From Rotaria socialis (lineage: Eukaryota), in contig CAJNYD010000022.1 in the NCBI GenBank assembly GCA_905331295.1, positions 1 to 47,711 on the forward strand: DNA of 47,711 nucleotides. The letters run 5' to 3'. Of this stretch, positions 25,441-38,658 are shown in pieces. Every line of letters starts with the position of its first letter. The stretch's first letter is position 1. The position numbers and the translations under genes are program-made. The notes beneath the pieces are model-generated. The model made no database searches. It worked only from the letters and a program-made list of their open reading frames with translations, and had not been told where the DNA came from.

Positions 25441-25990
25441 ATAAAGATATAATTCAATCATTATACGAGAGATATTAATTGAAATAAAATATGAACGAGA
25501 AAAAGAATTCGTTTAGTGAAAATATTTTAAAAATTTTATGATACTAAAAGAGAGGGAACGAAAACAATTTACCGAAGCAATATATTCTATTTACTAATAG
25601 TAAAACAATTTTTAAGTGTAAAATTGATTTCATATTTATTGTACTTCAAGATCAAAAAAAGAAATATTTCATACTTCTTATTAATATTTTTATATATCAA
25701 CAGCTTCAAAAAATAAAACTTTATCAAACTGTAACTTATCTGTAGGCGTTTTTGTAGTTAGAAAATTTCAGAAGTATTTAAAAGTTATTTAAATGAAAGA
25801 AATTCTGCGTTTTCACTTATTCAAGTATTTTTATTGTTTTCTCCATCGTATTTCTAAAACAGCCATGAAGTTCATTCTATTAAAAAATAAATAAAACGTT
25901 CTATGTGGTCAGTTGCTAAGTGATTTTAAATATGCGAGTTCCTTATTTTAGCCCGAGTGGGGCTGTAATGAAAAGATTTTTCTATGAGGG

Positions 25991-26245
25991 ATCCATAAGA
26001 AATTGAAGTTATCCTGGTCTAGCTTTTCTTTACAAATATAAACCCTCATTATCCTTTAGATTCCTTTAGCCCTATTACTTCCTTTACTTCTTTTAGTCCG
26101 TTTTGATCGCTTTAGATCTAAAAAGATATTCAAGAGGCTAAAATGACTAAAATGATCGAAATGGACTAAAGTGATTTAAAGAGATAAATATCGAATAAAT
26201 TTATAAAGGAAAGTTAGACCAAGATAACTTCAATTTTGTGTGGAC
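25991..26245. mobile_element. MITE with ~47-bp imperfect TIRs
   Basis: AAATTGAAGTTATCCTGGTCTAGCTTTTCTTTACAAAT versus ATTTATAAAGGAAAGTTAGACCAAGATAACTTCAATTT. Confidence 0.65.
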
Positions 26246-26391
26246 TTATGACATTTATCTATATATATATTTGCATATAGATTCTTTATTTTCGATTTCT
26301 CCTTGTTGAAAGCATTCCCCTATATAAATTATAGACTTCTGCTTGAAACAATTTTCTTTGAAAAATAGTGAATCTTAAAGATATATGTATA

Positions 26392-27272
26392 CTGGGTGTT
26401 CCAAAGGTTTCTTTAATTAAAAAAGTTTAATATCTCCGCCGCTCTTTCATCAAATGAGCTCATTTTTTTCCCGGTGGTGGAGGATACTTTGAAGGTTTTT
26501 TTTCATTGGAAAACTATAAATAGATACTGCTTTGAACTATCGCTTTTGACTTGAGTATCGAAATGTACCAATTTTTGATTTTCCAAAAAGAACATTCAAA
26601 GGAAATTTTTCGAGATTATTAATTTCGGCCAGAAACTTTGACCAAAGCGAGGTCTCACTCAGACTAGCTTCTGTAAGAAATTTGAGGATTTTCGTATATG
26701 GCCTTTCCGAGATATGAATTTTTACAAATTTAGGCGCTGTTCCGTCGATATTGTGCAGAATTTGAAAAATTCATATCTCGGAACGACTAGTCAAAAATTC
26801 TGAAATTTTGTACAGAAGCTACTCTAAGTGAAACCTCATTTTGGCCAAAGTTTCAGGTCAAAATTCTAAACTATAATTTTCTTCGAAAAATTGGGGTCAT
26901 CGAAGAGATAAGTCACTAAAAATTCCATATCTCATCCAAAACGCCACAAGAGCATGAACCTTTTGGAAGTCATTATTGTCCAGTGGTCATCGAGCAATGG
27001 GAAAAATATGGTCGCAAAGGCTTCTAATCACTCAAAAGCTTTTAATGATCTCAAGGATTCTCCCTCGAAAGCATTTTTTTAGAAATCGAAAATGGATACA
27101 TTTCAATATTCAAGTTAAAAGTGACAGTTCAAAGCAGTATCTATTCATAGTTTTCCAATGAAAAAAAAACTTCAAAGTATCCTCCACCACCAGGAAAAGA
27201 ATGAGCTCATTTGATGAAAGAGCGCTGGAGATATTAAATGTTTTTATTTAAAGGAACTTTTGGAACACCCGG
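26392..27272. mobile_element. Non-autonomous Tc1/mariner-type element with long TIRs
   Basis: TA|CTGGGTGTTCCAAA...TTTGGAACACCCGG|TA with ~190-bp inverted arms and a second internal inverted repeat (26630-26725 vs 26765-26860). Confidence 0.85.
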
Positions 27273-27761
27273 TATATATATATTCTTTCTTTTCCATTTC
27301 TCCTTAAAACGTATGACTTTATGTGGGGTGGTTCATTTCTGCTGAAAATGTGACCATCTCCCGATCAATTGGTCCCATCGTCCACTACTCGGGAAAATTA
27401 CCTATCGGTAACGGTCTGTGGGCGGGGGTGCAAAAGTTTTACCCTAAACACTTCAACACTCTTTTCAGGTCGTGTTTCACAAAATTCTCTATTGCTCACA
27501 TTTGCTTTATGTTCCACAATCATATCATTACTGTTAAAATAATGAGAGATATGGTAAAACGTTTTCAATGCCCCTACATTTTCTCATTATTGTCGTCCCT
27601 CCAAAACTCTGAGCTTCCATAGGTTTAGATGTTCAAAATGTAAGTAAATAAATATCATAATAAATTTCGTACGCAAACCGCCGGGCGACAACGAAATGTC
27701 AAATAATTATTAGGAGCTTCAAAAACATACAAATTCTCAATTGAAAGAACAAATAAGACTG

Positions 27762-27910
27762 CACTCTAAAAAAAAATTGGGTATTTGTTACTATCGGAAA
27801 CTCTTTTAGGGTTTCCGAGCTGTTCGGAAACCTAGAAAAGGGTTTTTTAATTGCTCGGAAACCCTAAAAGAGTTTCCGATAGTGACAAATACCCAATTTT
27901 TTTTAGAGTG
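27762..27910. mobile_element. CACT-ended (CMC/EnSpm-like) MITE
   Basis: ~60-bp TIRs CACTCTAAAAAAAAATTGGGTATTTG...; 2-bp TSD TG. Confidence 0.82.
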
Positions 27911-28980
27911 TGAACCTACTACCACGCAATATTGATTCTACTCTCAAACCAAAACTGATTGTTGCTGGCTGTTAACAGAAAAGTTGAAAATATCATTTGA
28001 GAAAAGAAATTCGCCTAATAAAGACAACTATATAGATTGACACACACCAATCTTGTCCTAGCACAACAATATTCATCACACATTCAATCCTCGTGTTATA
28101 CTTCTAAGAATAATGGGAGTTAGTTTCCTGAACTCCGATAGCCTCAGTGTCACTAATCACTAGAATATTGAATTACCCGACATCATCGTCAATAGCGAAG
28201 TGTGGAGGTCTAACTTCAGTGACATTGATTTGCTTCCAATTGACTATGATTCATGAGACTACTATCATGACCACATCCGCGTAAAATATTATAATACATC
28301 GGGAACTCTCTTTCGATCAGCGACTATATAAACTCAACAGTTCCTCGGCTGTATTTGCTGCATTTCCAACACCTAACTCAACTGAGCGTTGAACTCTAAC
28401 GACACAGTACTAAACAATTATTTCGATATCAACATATAATAGAGCCTGTCTCGTAACTGCAACAGAAGTAGATTCTCAATGCTTTACTCAAAAGTAGATC
28501 AACAATTTATTTTTATTTTGAAAACCAGTAAACCCACATTTTTCTTAATAGGTTCAACTACAGTAACTAATGCCACCTATTTTAGAAGCGTACCTGCCAA
28601 CGCTCAGGAGGAAGACTCCGTGTAGCGCATGGCTAACTTCATTCAATCTCTTACAGAAAGATGAGAAAACTATTCAAAACAGTCGAGTTTTTAACAATTT
28701 TTCTTCGAAAAATTTCCTTCTAGAGCATAAATCTCACATGACACTTTAGAGCAGCTAGTTGTTAAATTATTCTACATATATTCATTTCCGACAGCATTCT
28801 CCGAATATTATTATGACAAACGAGCCCTCCACAATGCACAACGTCTACCATCAATCTGTTGTAATTCAATCCAACAGACTACCAAAATACTACTCAGGCG
28901 CCTAATTCCAGCCCACATGATGCTATTTTTGTTTTTCCGAACCGTTGTACTTTTAGAAACATTCTACGAATCTAACTGAA

Positions 28981-29863
28981 TTAGCGCCACTTACCAAATA
29001 CTTTCTTTGCACTTTCAGCCGATGCAGATTTTGCTGTAGCTTCAGCTTGTGTGGTTCGTTTGGTTGTTGCAGCCTTCGTTGTAACAACAGCTTGTGTGGT
29101 TCCTTTGGTTGATGCAGTCTTCGTTGTAACACGAGGTTGTGTGGTTGCTTTAGTTGATGCACCCGTTTCCCAATTGTCAGCCGATTCAGATTTTGTTGCA
29201 GCTCTACCTTGCTTTCGTGCTTTCACTGATACGCCGTTTTTCCCGCTGTCAGCTGATCCTGATTTTGTTGCAGCTTCACCTTGATTGCGTGCTTTCGATG
29301 ATTCACCCTTTTCATCACTTTCAGATGATTGAGCGCGGGCGTGTTTGTGTGCATTCGATGGTTCACGCTTTTCATCGCGTTCAGTTGATTCACCGCGGCC
29401 GTGTTTGCGTCCTTCCCATGATTGACGTTTGCCATCACGTTCAGTTGATTCAGTGTGGCCGTGTTTGTGTCCTTCCCATGATTGACGCTTGCCATAACGT
29501 TCAATTGATTCAATGTGGCCGTGTTTGTATGCTTTCGATGATTGACGCTTGCCATCACGTTCAGTTNTCAGCGCGGCCGTGTTTGCGTCCTTCCCATGAT
29601 TGACGCTTTTCATGACGTTCAGTTGATTCAGCGCGGCCGTGTTTGCGTCCTTCCAATGATTGACGCTTGTCAGCACGTTCAGTTGATTCAGTGTGGCCGT
29701 ATTTGTATGCTCTTGATGATTCACGCTTTTCATCGCTTTCAGTTGATTCACTGCGGCCGTGTTTGTATGCTTTCGATGCTTCAACCTTTTTAGCACCTTC
29801 AAGGAATTGAGCGCCACCTTGTTTGGATGCTGTCGATGCGCCACGTTTTCCATCCCGCTGGGA
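28981..29863 (-). CDS. Hydrophilic low-complexity protein with 20-aa (60-bp) tandem repeats and a Thr/Ala-rich tail
   Basis: About 7 units of ESTERDGKRQSWEGRKHGRA. The apparent frame change coincides with the N at ~29567. Probable donor G|GTAAGT near 28993. The 5' part runs into the gap. Confidence 0.65.
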
Positions 29864-32199
29864 NNNNNNNNNNNNNNNNNNNNNNNNNNNNNNNNNNNNN
29901 NNNNNNNNNNNNNNNCAAGTTGTCGTGCATTGGTAAGGGTTACCGGATGCTGGTTTAGTGGCTGCAGCTTTGTGTGCGACTGTACGCGCTACTGTAGGCT
30001 GTATAGCTAGTGAAGGGAACAGAGGAGTACGGTATAGAAGGTGCTGTGGAAGTTGAGGTATGGAATTTAGGATGTGATCATGGTCTGTTTTCGTATGAGA
30101 ATCAAACTGAGGGAAAGGGTTTGCGAATGGATTTCTGAAAAGTGTTCAGCTCGTTTTGAGTCTGGCTTTAATGTGGTTGGGAAATTTATGACTTCGATAG
30201 TGTGTTGGGCATTTGTTTGACTTTAGCCTGCTCGGGCAAAACTGATCAGTGGAAACCGACGTATCGCTAGCGGAAGTGGGCGTAGATGCACCACTTTTCA
30301 CCGTGAAAGGCCGTCTTTGTGTCGCATTATGTCGTTGTAACGCGGACACTATGACGGATCGTATAGAAGACCGTATTCTGATCCTAAAAGTATTCGTAAT
30401 ATTGTCGTATTGTATGTAGAAATCAGCTACATTATTGGGCATGTTATTATGGGGGAATACGGTGTCTGTAATTGGCTGTATTTGCATCCGTAGATTCTCA
30501 GATAAGATACTTTTTTAATTAAACATACAGCTATTCAAAACTTTCTATATCGATTTAAACTGCCATAGCTATTTAATGCATATTGATATACACTTTTGTT
30601 TATCTACCAATCTTGTGTAAGCTACTTTGGAGGCATATTAAAACTTCGATCCCTGTAATTTTCAACGCAGTTACAGATTTTTTCAAGATTACCAGTCATT
30701 GATGAAATTTCTTCGAGAGACATCTCCATTTTTCTTACAAAAGCTAGTTTCTTTAAGTAGTTACACATTTTTAGTACTGAGCATTGAAAAACTATCACAC
30801 AAAGGTGAATAAATCTTTAAAATAATATATCGAGGTGTACGAAGAATCATCGATAAAACTACAGGATTAGAGAAAAAGTATAGCTTGGTAAATCTGTTAA
30901 CAGTGCGAATTTTCAGATCGAAAATTACTGCATAGAAATATTAAAAGCCTCAAAATACTACGTTATTTACAATGCTAATTAAGACAATTACTCAACTTTT
31001 TCCCCCAATCCTGCTCCTCCGCTTTTTCTTGAGAGCAAGAGTTTAGTGTTCAAGCTAATGCAAACTGAAAACGGCACATTGCAAAAATTTACTGCGGAAG
31101 AATTCTTAAATAACGATTGTAGTGAGGACTTTTTTACTTTCGTTCCGTTTTTTCTTGATAATAGATAACCTTAATTTGTATAACTCACTCAAAAATAAAA
31201 GATGCGTCTCTTCCTGTTGTAGTGATTTTAACAGAATAGGATATACGGTATTGAAAAAATTTTCAATATCATGGCTTCATTGGTTGATCAAGATTTTAGT
31301 TTATGCGAACTGTCGCCGTCGGACCATGGGGTCAAGATACAATTTATGGGAAGTGATATTGGACCCATGTGATAAAATTTGTCAAAACGTTTTCTAGTCG
31401 TTGCTTCTGGATATGTTTTATTTCCACTACCCCACAAAATTTTCAATCACTATAATTCTTAAATGGGAACATATTCTTAGATCAAATTTGAAATCCGTCG
31501 ACGGAATCCGGTATGAATTACAATTAAATTTAAAAGAACAATGTCAGGGGATGGTGCTTTCAAAACGCTTCTGCCAACACCAATTGCAAAACGTTTTTGA
31601 CGAAAATTCATCACTAGGGTACAATCCAATGTCATCGCCCGTAAGTTTCAATGTGCATTCATGCTCTGAAGTTGACAGTCAACATAAACCATAAGTATGG
31701 ATACACCACTTCACAGCTTTTTTATGCAAATTCCTCTGCTGAACTAATTACGAACACGAATTGCATATATAGCTTGCTTTCATTGTTTAACGATTTGATA
31801 AAAGACTTATTAAAAAAGGTTTTCTATTTCAGAAATATGCAAGTGGATGTTTCCATCGATCACAAATAAAGCACCAACCGTTCCTACGCATTCTTTTATC
31901 TAACTAGAATTTTAAACTATCTTTCAAGAAGTTGAATCAGAAAACCAATCCCAAATATGTTCACAGTGCCGTAGGGAATATTGTAAAGCGTTCAAATATT
32001 TACTCGATGTTAAGTATAACTTAGCAATGAAAAACTGTTTGAAACCCTTACACATACAAAACGCTTCAAATTCAGATAGCCTATAAATACTAAAAGCACT
32101 CTCATATTTTAAAAATTAATGTCATGTGAATCCCGAAATTAAACTTTAAAATGTTACTCACATTTGAATATATCTTTTGAAGTTCAGCTGACCACTCTG

Positions 32200-33040
32200 A
32201 ACTTTCAATACAGTCACGAAATATTTAACAGTACAGATCGTTCAGCTTATTTTGAAACGATTTCGATCAATTCTTTCTTCGTCAATGACTCATCGAGATT
32301 TGATGACTTTTATATCAGTCTACTTCACTTATATTGCACATGTTATTATAATATACTTAGTTTTGATAAGTAACTGTCTGGTAATAAAATAACTAATAAC
32401 ATCGAAAGATACGTAAAATATCTTTTGGCAGAGCAGTATTCGTGTTTAGTGAAACAGGAATATTTATCTGAAATACGTTCGAATGCAGCGACAAGTACCA
32501 TTAGGTATGTCTCTAAAAAAGATTGAATAACAGCCGCAATCAGCTTTATTAAACAATGAAAATCCAAAATTCTATCGTCTATGTCGCATGAAACTGCGTA
32601 CAATTGGTTCGTCGTAATGTATCACATATAGACGAAGAAAATTTTTCTGCTATTTAGTAAAGTGTTACAAGATATCGTATTAGCGTTGCTACGACTAATC
32701 TGATTATTCATGGTATGAATCGTGCAAAAGAACGTACAGAAAAAAATATTCGATCGTTGATATTCATCCAACATTGCAAAAGAAACGATCTTAGTGCTCA
32801 GAGTGTGTGATATCGATGAAGCGATATAGCCTACAGAATGATGTGTAGAACGATGAGGCATTCTTTTTAACGTAACTGGGACTAGATTTCAATCTTTTTA
32901 GAGACATGCCTAATGGTACTTGTTGCTGCATTCAAACGTATTTCAGATAAATATTCCTGTTTCACTAAACATTGATCGAAATCGTTTCAAAATAAACGGA
33001 ACGACCTGTACTGTTAAATATTTCTTGACTGTATTGAATG
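32200..33040. repeat. Inverted duplication
   Basis: 32203-32271 pairs with 32970-33038 and 32443-32527 pairs with 32888-32971 (reverse complement). The right arm lacks the intervening ~170 bp. Confidence 0.8.
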
Positions 33041-33179
33041 AGTGTCAGTTTAAATAGCTACATGACATTTTAACCCTTTCAATACTGACATTTTCTTTCG
33101 TTCTGTACGAGCAAGAAAAAAATACATATATCTCTCTCTGTTGCGTTCTGTCGTCACAATCAGCTGCTTTTGAACTGTA

Positions 33180-33422
33180 TACTGAAAAAGATCATTATAT
33201 TGCCGAACCTAAAAAGGTTTCGTGGTATCTGCGAAGCACACAAGGGTTCGCATTTTTGCAACAAATTCGACACTCTTTCAAAAGGTTTTGGCGATCGGTA
33301 CAAAACTCACGAGAAACATTCCTAAACGTTTGATAAGCCTTGTGATGGGTTCGTACTGATCTCCGAAATCTTTTGATAGGGTTTCGAATATTACGACGAA
33401 TGCGAAACCATTTTTTTCAGTG
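33180..33422. mobile_element. Degenerate CACTG-ended MITE
   Basis: TA|TACTGAAAAA...TTTTTTCAGTG|TA; interior has GGGTTCG/CGAAACC motifs. Confidence 0.5.
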
Positions 33423-33559
33423 TAGCGTTCTAATATCATTATAATCACTCTTCATTTTCTTAAAACGCACCATATGATATTCGTCGTGTAAGAAGACGGC
33501 AGAACGCAAAATATTTCTTTGCGTTCTGTATGTCATCTCGTAGATGACATGCCGTATTG

Positions 33560-33780
33560 AAAGGGTTAAATAGCTATGGATAACTTTAAATAGCTGTACG
33601 ATAATTAAATAGCGACAGTGAGGATTATAAGTAGATATACAGAACTTCAAATAGCTATACAAAGGTTTAAATAGCTACAGGAGAGATTAAGTAGATATAG
33701 AGTACTTTGAATGGGTACAGTAAAGATTAGATAGTTATAGGAAAATTGAAATAGCTGTGCGCAACTTTACATAGCTATGT
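33560..33780. repeat. Degenerate ~20-bp tandem array
   Basis: Recurrent TTAAATAGCT(A/G)/AAGTAGATA cores at ~20-bp spacing. Confidence 0.6.
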
Positions 33781-34371
33781 ATATTACATGAAAGATTTCT
33801 ACCGAAGTCTCACAATAACAAAAAGTATCTCTTTTGAGAATCAACCGCTATTACTGGCCACTTAAATGGTAGCCATGCTTAATGTGCAAGATATCAGATG
33901 CTTGTGAAATTTCTAGAAATATTTTAGCAATTATTGTTGTTGGCGATGTCTTACTAGTTATCCTAGTTGATACAAGAACAAGGAAAAGAAAAACATAATT
34001 AAGAAAAATGTTGAATATAATGGATATTTTGACAGAATGTTCAGGTAGACTATTTTCTATGGTATTTCTATCGTTTTGCGCATGCAGATACACACACACA
34101 CACACACTCTCTCTCTCAATTTGCCACCTTTAATTATTTATTAGTCAAAGAGTGATATTATCGTAGCGTTTTGCTGGAAACTACTAGATTTACATATACT
34201 ATCATCCTTCCTTAGTATTCACTCATTGATAACTATTGGTGCAGTAACGGAAAAAAAGCGAGTAATAAAAGAAAGGAAAGGAATACTTAAATTTTTCATT
34301 TTGATAGATGTTAAAACAGTAGCTGTATTATCAATTACGGCTGTAATGAAACAACCATTTTAATATCAGTA

Positions 34372-34659
34372 CCTAGGTCGAACATTCCGGCCACCGGATC
34401 CCGTATGATAGTCCAGGAAATATGCGAGAAAGTCACCATATCCTGCAGGAAAACACGGGAAATCGCTGGAAAGATGGAAGCAGTATTCCGGTCAAAAATA
34501 CGGCCGAACTTTTCCGGTGGATTCCTGCCAAGTTCCGATGCTTTCCGGCAGGAATTGACCGGAAATCACCGGAAAATTTTCCAACCGGAATACTGCTTCC
34601 ACAAAATCAACGGAACTACCCGGAACCAGCCGTTTCCAGGCCGGAGTGTTCGGCCTGGG
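34372..34659. mobile_element. MITE with CCCAGG-type TIRs, TA-flanked
   Basis: CCTAGGTCGAACATTCCGGCC / GGCCGGAGTGTTCGGCCTGGG; interior rich in CCGGAA. Confidence 0.82.
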
Positions 34660-34909
34660 TATAACTCTAAAGGATCTTCCTGTACTCAAGATTTTCTCTT
34701 GAACTCAAGCTACCTCTCTGCTATTGATGATTCATAATTACTACTTTCATCCTTTGTCAACTTCTTTTCATCTCTACATACTACTACATCAGACTACGCT
34801 TAACTGTAGAAATTTTCTCATTATTTCTTATAAATCTTACTCGACTCTGCTATAATTGACAAACCACTTTTGGCTATCGCTTTTCAATGAGTCTATGGTA
34901 ATTCATCAA

Positions 34910-34989
34910 ATAATTTCAATATTCCAGAAATTTTACATTCTGGCGCCATCTAGCGGCCGGAGTCATAATTTCTGGAATATTGAAATTAT
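34910..34989. repeat. 80-bp hairpin element
   Basis: Perfect 23-bp arms ATAATTTCAATATTCCAGAAATT around the core GGCGCCATCTAGCGG. Confidence 0.8.
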
Positions 34990-35699
34990 AGCGCGAATGT
35001 AGTTTGGATCGAAAAATAAACATTGTCACTCTACTCGTCGTAGTGAATTACCTCTCCGAAGGTTATTTTCCGAACGATTCCACTTGAATTGGTCGAAGTC
35101 GGGGATCTCAATAAAACCCGTATAATTCCTCAGCTAAATGGGGCATAAAGTTCGACCTTGTCTAGATCGAAAGAGAACTTTTTTTCTACCGAATGGTTAT
35201 GAGACAATCCATGACAATATCAGAATTGCGGTCAAAATATTGTTAACAAAATGTCCGTTGAAATTTCATCTAATTGGTATATTATGAGCCAATCAAAATT
35301 TTGCATTGAAATCTGTCCCCAACATTTCTCTGTACAATGGTAAAAACCGCAGCTCTCTAGCTAATTGCATTATCGAGTTATTCGAAAAGTAGTGGAGCAC
35401 ACTATATTTTGAAATGGACAGTAGTGTCTGTGATGAACAAAATCTGTCTTTGTTTCAAAAATGACTTGACTTGACCTTCCCATCTCTGTTGAAATCATTA
35501 TTGCATGTTACCTGGGCGGATGAGGGGGGGGGGAACTACAAAAGTCTCATTTTTAAACTGATGCCCACCTCTTGATTCGAAAACACATAGCTTGTATTGT
35601 TTAAAATTGTGGTAATTCTATACTAATCAACACTTTTTTGTGCCATGCAATGGATTCTTGTGCTAAGAAGTGCGTGCCTCGTAAAGGACTAGATTAGAT

Positions 35700-36064
35700 A
35701 GAGGTTACATGAACCGCCGGACGTCCACTTGTAAGTCATAGAGCTGATAAACATACTGCAGTGACGTAATTAAGTTTGCATCGCTAATATTCATCTTTGC
35801 ATATGACAACGCATAATCGTCCACTAGACAGTACGCAATCTTTCTGTGTATCCTTTCTCTCTAGATATCTTTCTCTTTCTCCGTGTCCCATTCTCTCTCG
35901 ATAACTTTTGTCTCTATGTAACTTCTTTTCTCTCTCCGTTCTCTTCTTTCTTCGTTGCGTATATAAGCGTGTTTTGTAGTAGATGAAGACATTTGGATGT
36001 AGAGTATAGTTGAATAAACATCGTGTAGTAAAACACTAAACTATGCCTCTCCATTTGTTATAAC
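35700..36064 (+). mobile_element. Solo-LTR-like repeat, related to 7714-8090
   Basis: Shared 5' sequence, CT-rich tract, TATATAAG, AATAAA, ending in TTATAAC. Confidence 0.45.
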
Positions 36065-36454
36065 GAGTTAGAATGAAGTTGTGCTTCGTAATACGTACGA
36101 TTGTATTCGGTTGTATTGAAAGACCACGCAGAACTCATTTTTTAGACAAGAATAAACTTATTGAGTGGAATTGTTGTTAATATTATACACACAGTGGCTA
36201 ACATATATAGCGGATGCTGATCTACATTTTGTTGTCCATCATCCTATCAGGATATATACGCAATTTTATATATCTCGATAGTTATTGGAAGAATATTTAC
36301 GCGACCTAAATATTTTTCCGTTACAATTTTGAACTCAGAACAAAACTAATATGAACTGATCAATATTGAATGATTATATCGATTAAAATTTCGCTCAGCT
36401 TCAGAAAAAAAACAAGTTGAATTATATGCGAAACCAACTATATGAGTCGCAAAC

Positions 36455-37296
36455 GAACTTTTTCAATTCTAATCGTTAGATTTTACTTTATTCATATAAT
36501 TGAGCAATACAATCAAAATACATGAAAAAATGGTCACTTCGATATTTTGCCACGATATGTATTTTGACGAAGAAATTGTTAGGGTGATTCAAGCTTTCAC
36601 TGTAGAAAGATTTCATTGAGTAGGTACTTTCGATGGCTCACTACGCTAAGGATACACGTATAAAAATATTGCAACTTGAAAAAGTTATAGAAGAGTTAGA
36701 GTGAAGTCTTATTGAAAAATGCAGAAAACAATCCTGTTTTCAAAAGAACTAAACTGCAGCTCGTTGAAAACTTTATAGAAATTTTTTATCAATTCCAATA
36801 AAATCTATCTGATTCGCATCCCAGCTCGATCTACACTAACTTTCATTAGAAACTGCTTTCACAATCAATAGAAGAATTCTTTTAGGAAACGGACGCAGTT
36901 TCTAATGAAAGTTAGTGTAGATCAAGCATTGATTCAAATCGGATAGATTTTATTGGAATTGATAAAAAATTTCTGTGAAGTTTTCAACGAGCTGCAGTTT
37001 AGTTCTTTTGAAAACAGGATTGTTTTCTGCATTTTTCAATAAGACTTCACTCTAACTCTTCTATAACTTTTTCAAGTTGCAATATTTTTATACGTGTATC
37101 CTTAGCGTAATGAACCATCGAAAGTACCTACTCAATGAAATCTTTCTACAGTGAAAACTTGAATCACCCTAACAATTTCTTCGTCAAAATACATATCGTG
37201 GCAAAATATCGAAGTGACCATTTTTTCATGTATTTTGATGGTATTGCTCAATTATATGAATAAAGTAAAATCTAACGATTACAATTGAAAAAGTTC
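36455..37296. repeat. Long palindrome / foldback element
   Basis: ~400-bp near-identical inverted arms (36455-36856 and 36895-37296) with a 38-bp spacer. Confidence 0.92.
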
Positions 37297-37379
37297 ATTG
37301 TTGACGTATGTAGATTATCTCATAGAACGATATCACTAAGCTTTTCATTATGTGGAACTTACATATATTATTGAAGAAA

Positions 37380-37745
37380 ATGGTGACTGTAAGTTTAAAA
37401 ACGAGATTTTTGCGACTCCCCCTCCCTATTACAGACATTAATGAGTTTAAGATTGTGGTAATTAGGAGCTTGACTAATTAGGCTGCTATTTCTTCCTTTT
37501 TAATTGCAGACTACACGAAAAAAGCAATGCTTGCCCATTACAGACCATAGAAACTAGTCGCTGCCACTGTTAAATATACAAGCTAATAATTAATACTCCA
37601 TTACAAACATAAGCAAATAGACAATGACCTAATTATAGGTTTTGGAAATCAAGGTAGATCTTTCAGATGAACTATTTTGAATTATTTTAGTAAGCCTAAG
37701 GATATATGTGAGTTTCACATTTTAACCCCAAAGGGGCTGCGCTAA
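37380..37745. repeat. Dispersed repeat, third copy of 11868-12243 and 21632-23637
   Basis: TGGTGA.TGTAAGTTTAAAA.CGAGATT...ending TTTTA(G/A)CCCC..AGGGGCTGCGCTAA. Confidence 0.8.
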
Positions 37746-38355
37746 CAAGCATATTTTATCAATTTATTTCAGGCCGACAATTTTTGATAAAAAAAGAAAA
37801 GGTCAATCGAATTACCAAAGTATTTTAGGTATCTGGCCGCTATTCATGTATTCGAGATACAGGGTTCAACTTTTCTTCTTGATTACTCTACATCTTCAGC
37901 GATTCAAGCAAATTCATAGCATGAATAATTCTTATGTCAGGCATTCTGACTTTATATCAGATACTATATTGCTAAAAACACTCAAGCTCCATAAAATGGA
38001 AAATATAATATTATTCATTAATGAATACATGTGAAAACTCCCTTGTTCCAGTAGCGGAACCATTGGTACAGGAAGGAATATATAGTATTACAATAACCAT
38101 GGCATATATATATATATTCAAAAATTGTGATGCATGATAATTTAACAGTGAAATTTTTACTGTTTCATCCTCTCTCTCTCTCTCTCACTCACTCACTTAT
38201 AATTACGCTACTGTTACTTTGTTGTATCCATCAGAGAGTACTCAAAAAAAGAAAACTTAAGGACAGTTCGTTATAAATCACAAAAATCAGCGAGACTTTC
38301 AAGGAAGAATTTTTACTTAAGCCATTCTAAATTAGCTCAATGAATGTAAAGAATA

Positions 38356-38658
38356 CCCAGGTCGAGCAATCCAACAGTGGGAACCAATCAGAACCCATCC
38401 GATCTGACTCGTATCCAGTAGGATCTTATCGGATTTTGTCGGACCCTGCAAAAATATCGTCGGGTTCCGGATTCCGGATTTGAAGTTGGATCCTCAGTGT
38501 CGGATTCCTATGAATTGCTAAGAAACAACGTCGGATGTCATCAGAATTCCAATGGGTTCCGACGTCAATTCCTCGACCAGGAGTCCTATGAGATACTGTC
38601 GGATGGTAGGATACTATCGAGTTCCTATCGGATTCGGTGTGGGATTTCTCGACCTGGA
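38356..38658. mobile_element. MITE with CCCAGG-type TIRs, TA-flanked
   Basis: TA|CCCAGGTCGAGCAATCC...GGATTTCTCGACCTGGA|TA; interior rich in TCGGA. Confidence 0.78.

Noticed and set aside
30146..31870. Short ORFs and a possible decayed gene
   Set aside because: No recognisable motifs and many stops. 30146-30487 might be the 5' part of the repeat protein but cannot be linked across the gap.
34405..34737. Overlapping ORFs here, at 38426-38674, and antisense ORFs over the repeat genes
   Set aside because: By-products of GC-richer MITE or repeat sequence; no protein motifs.
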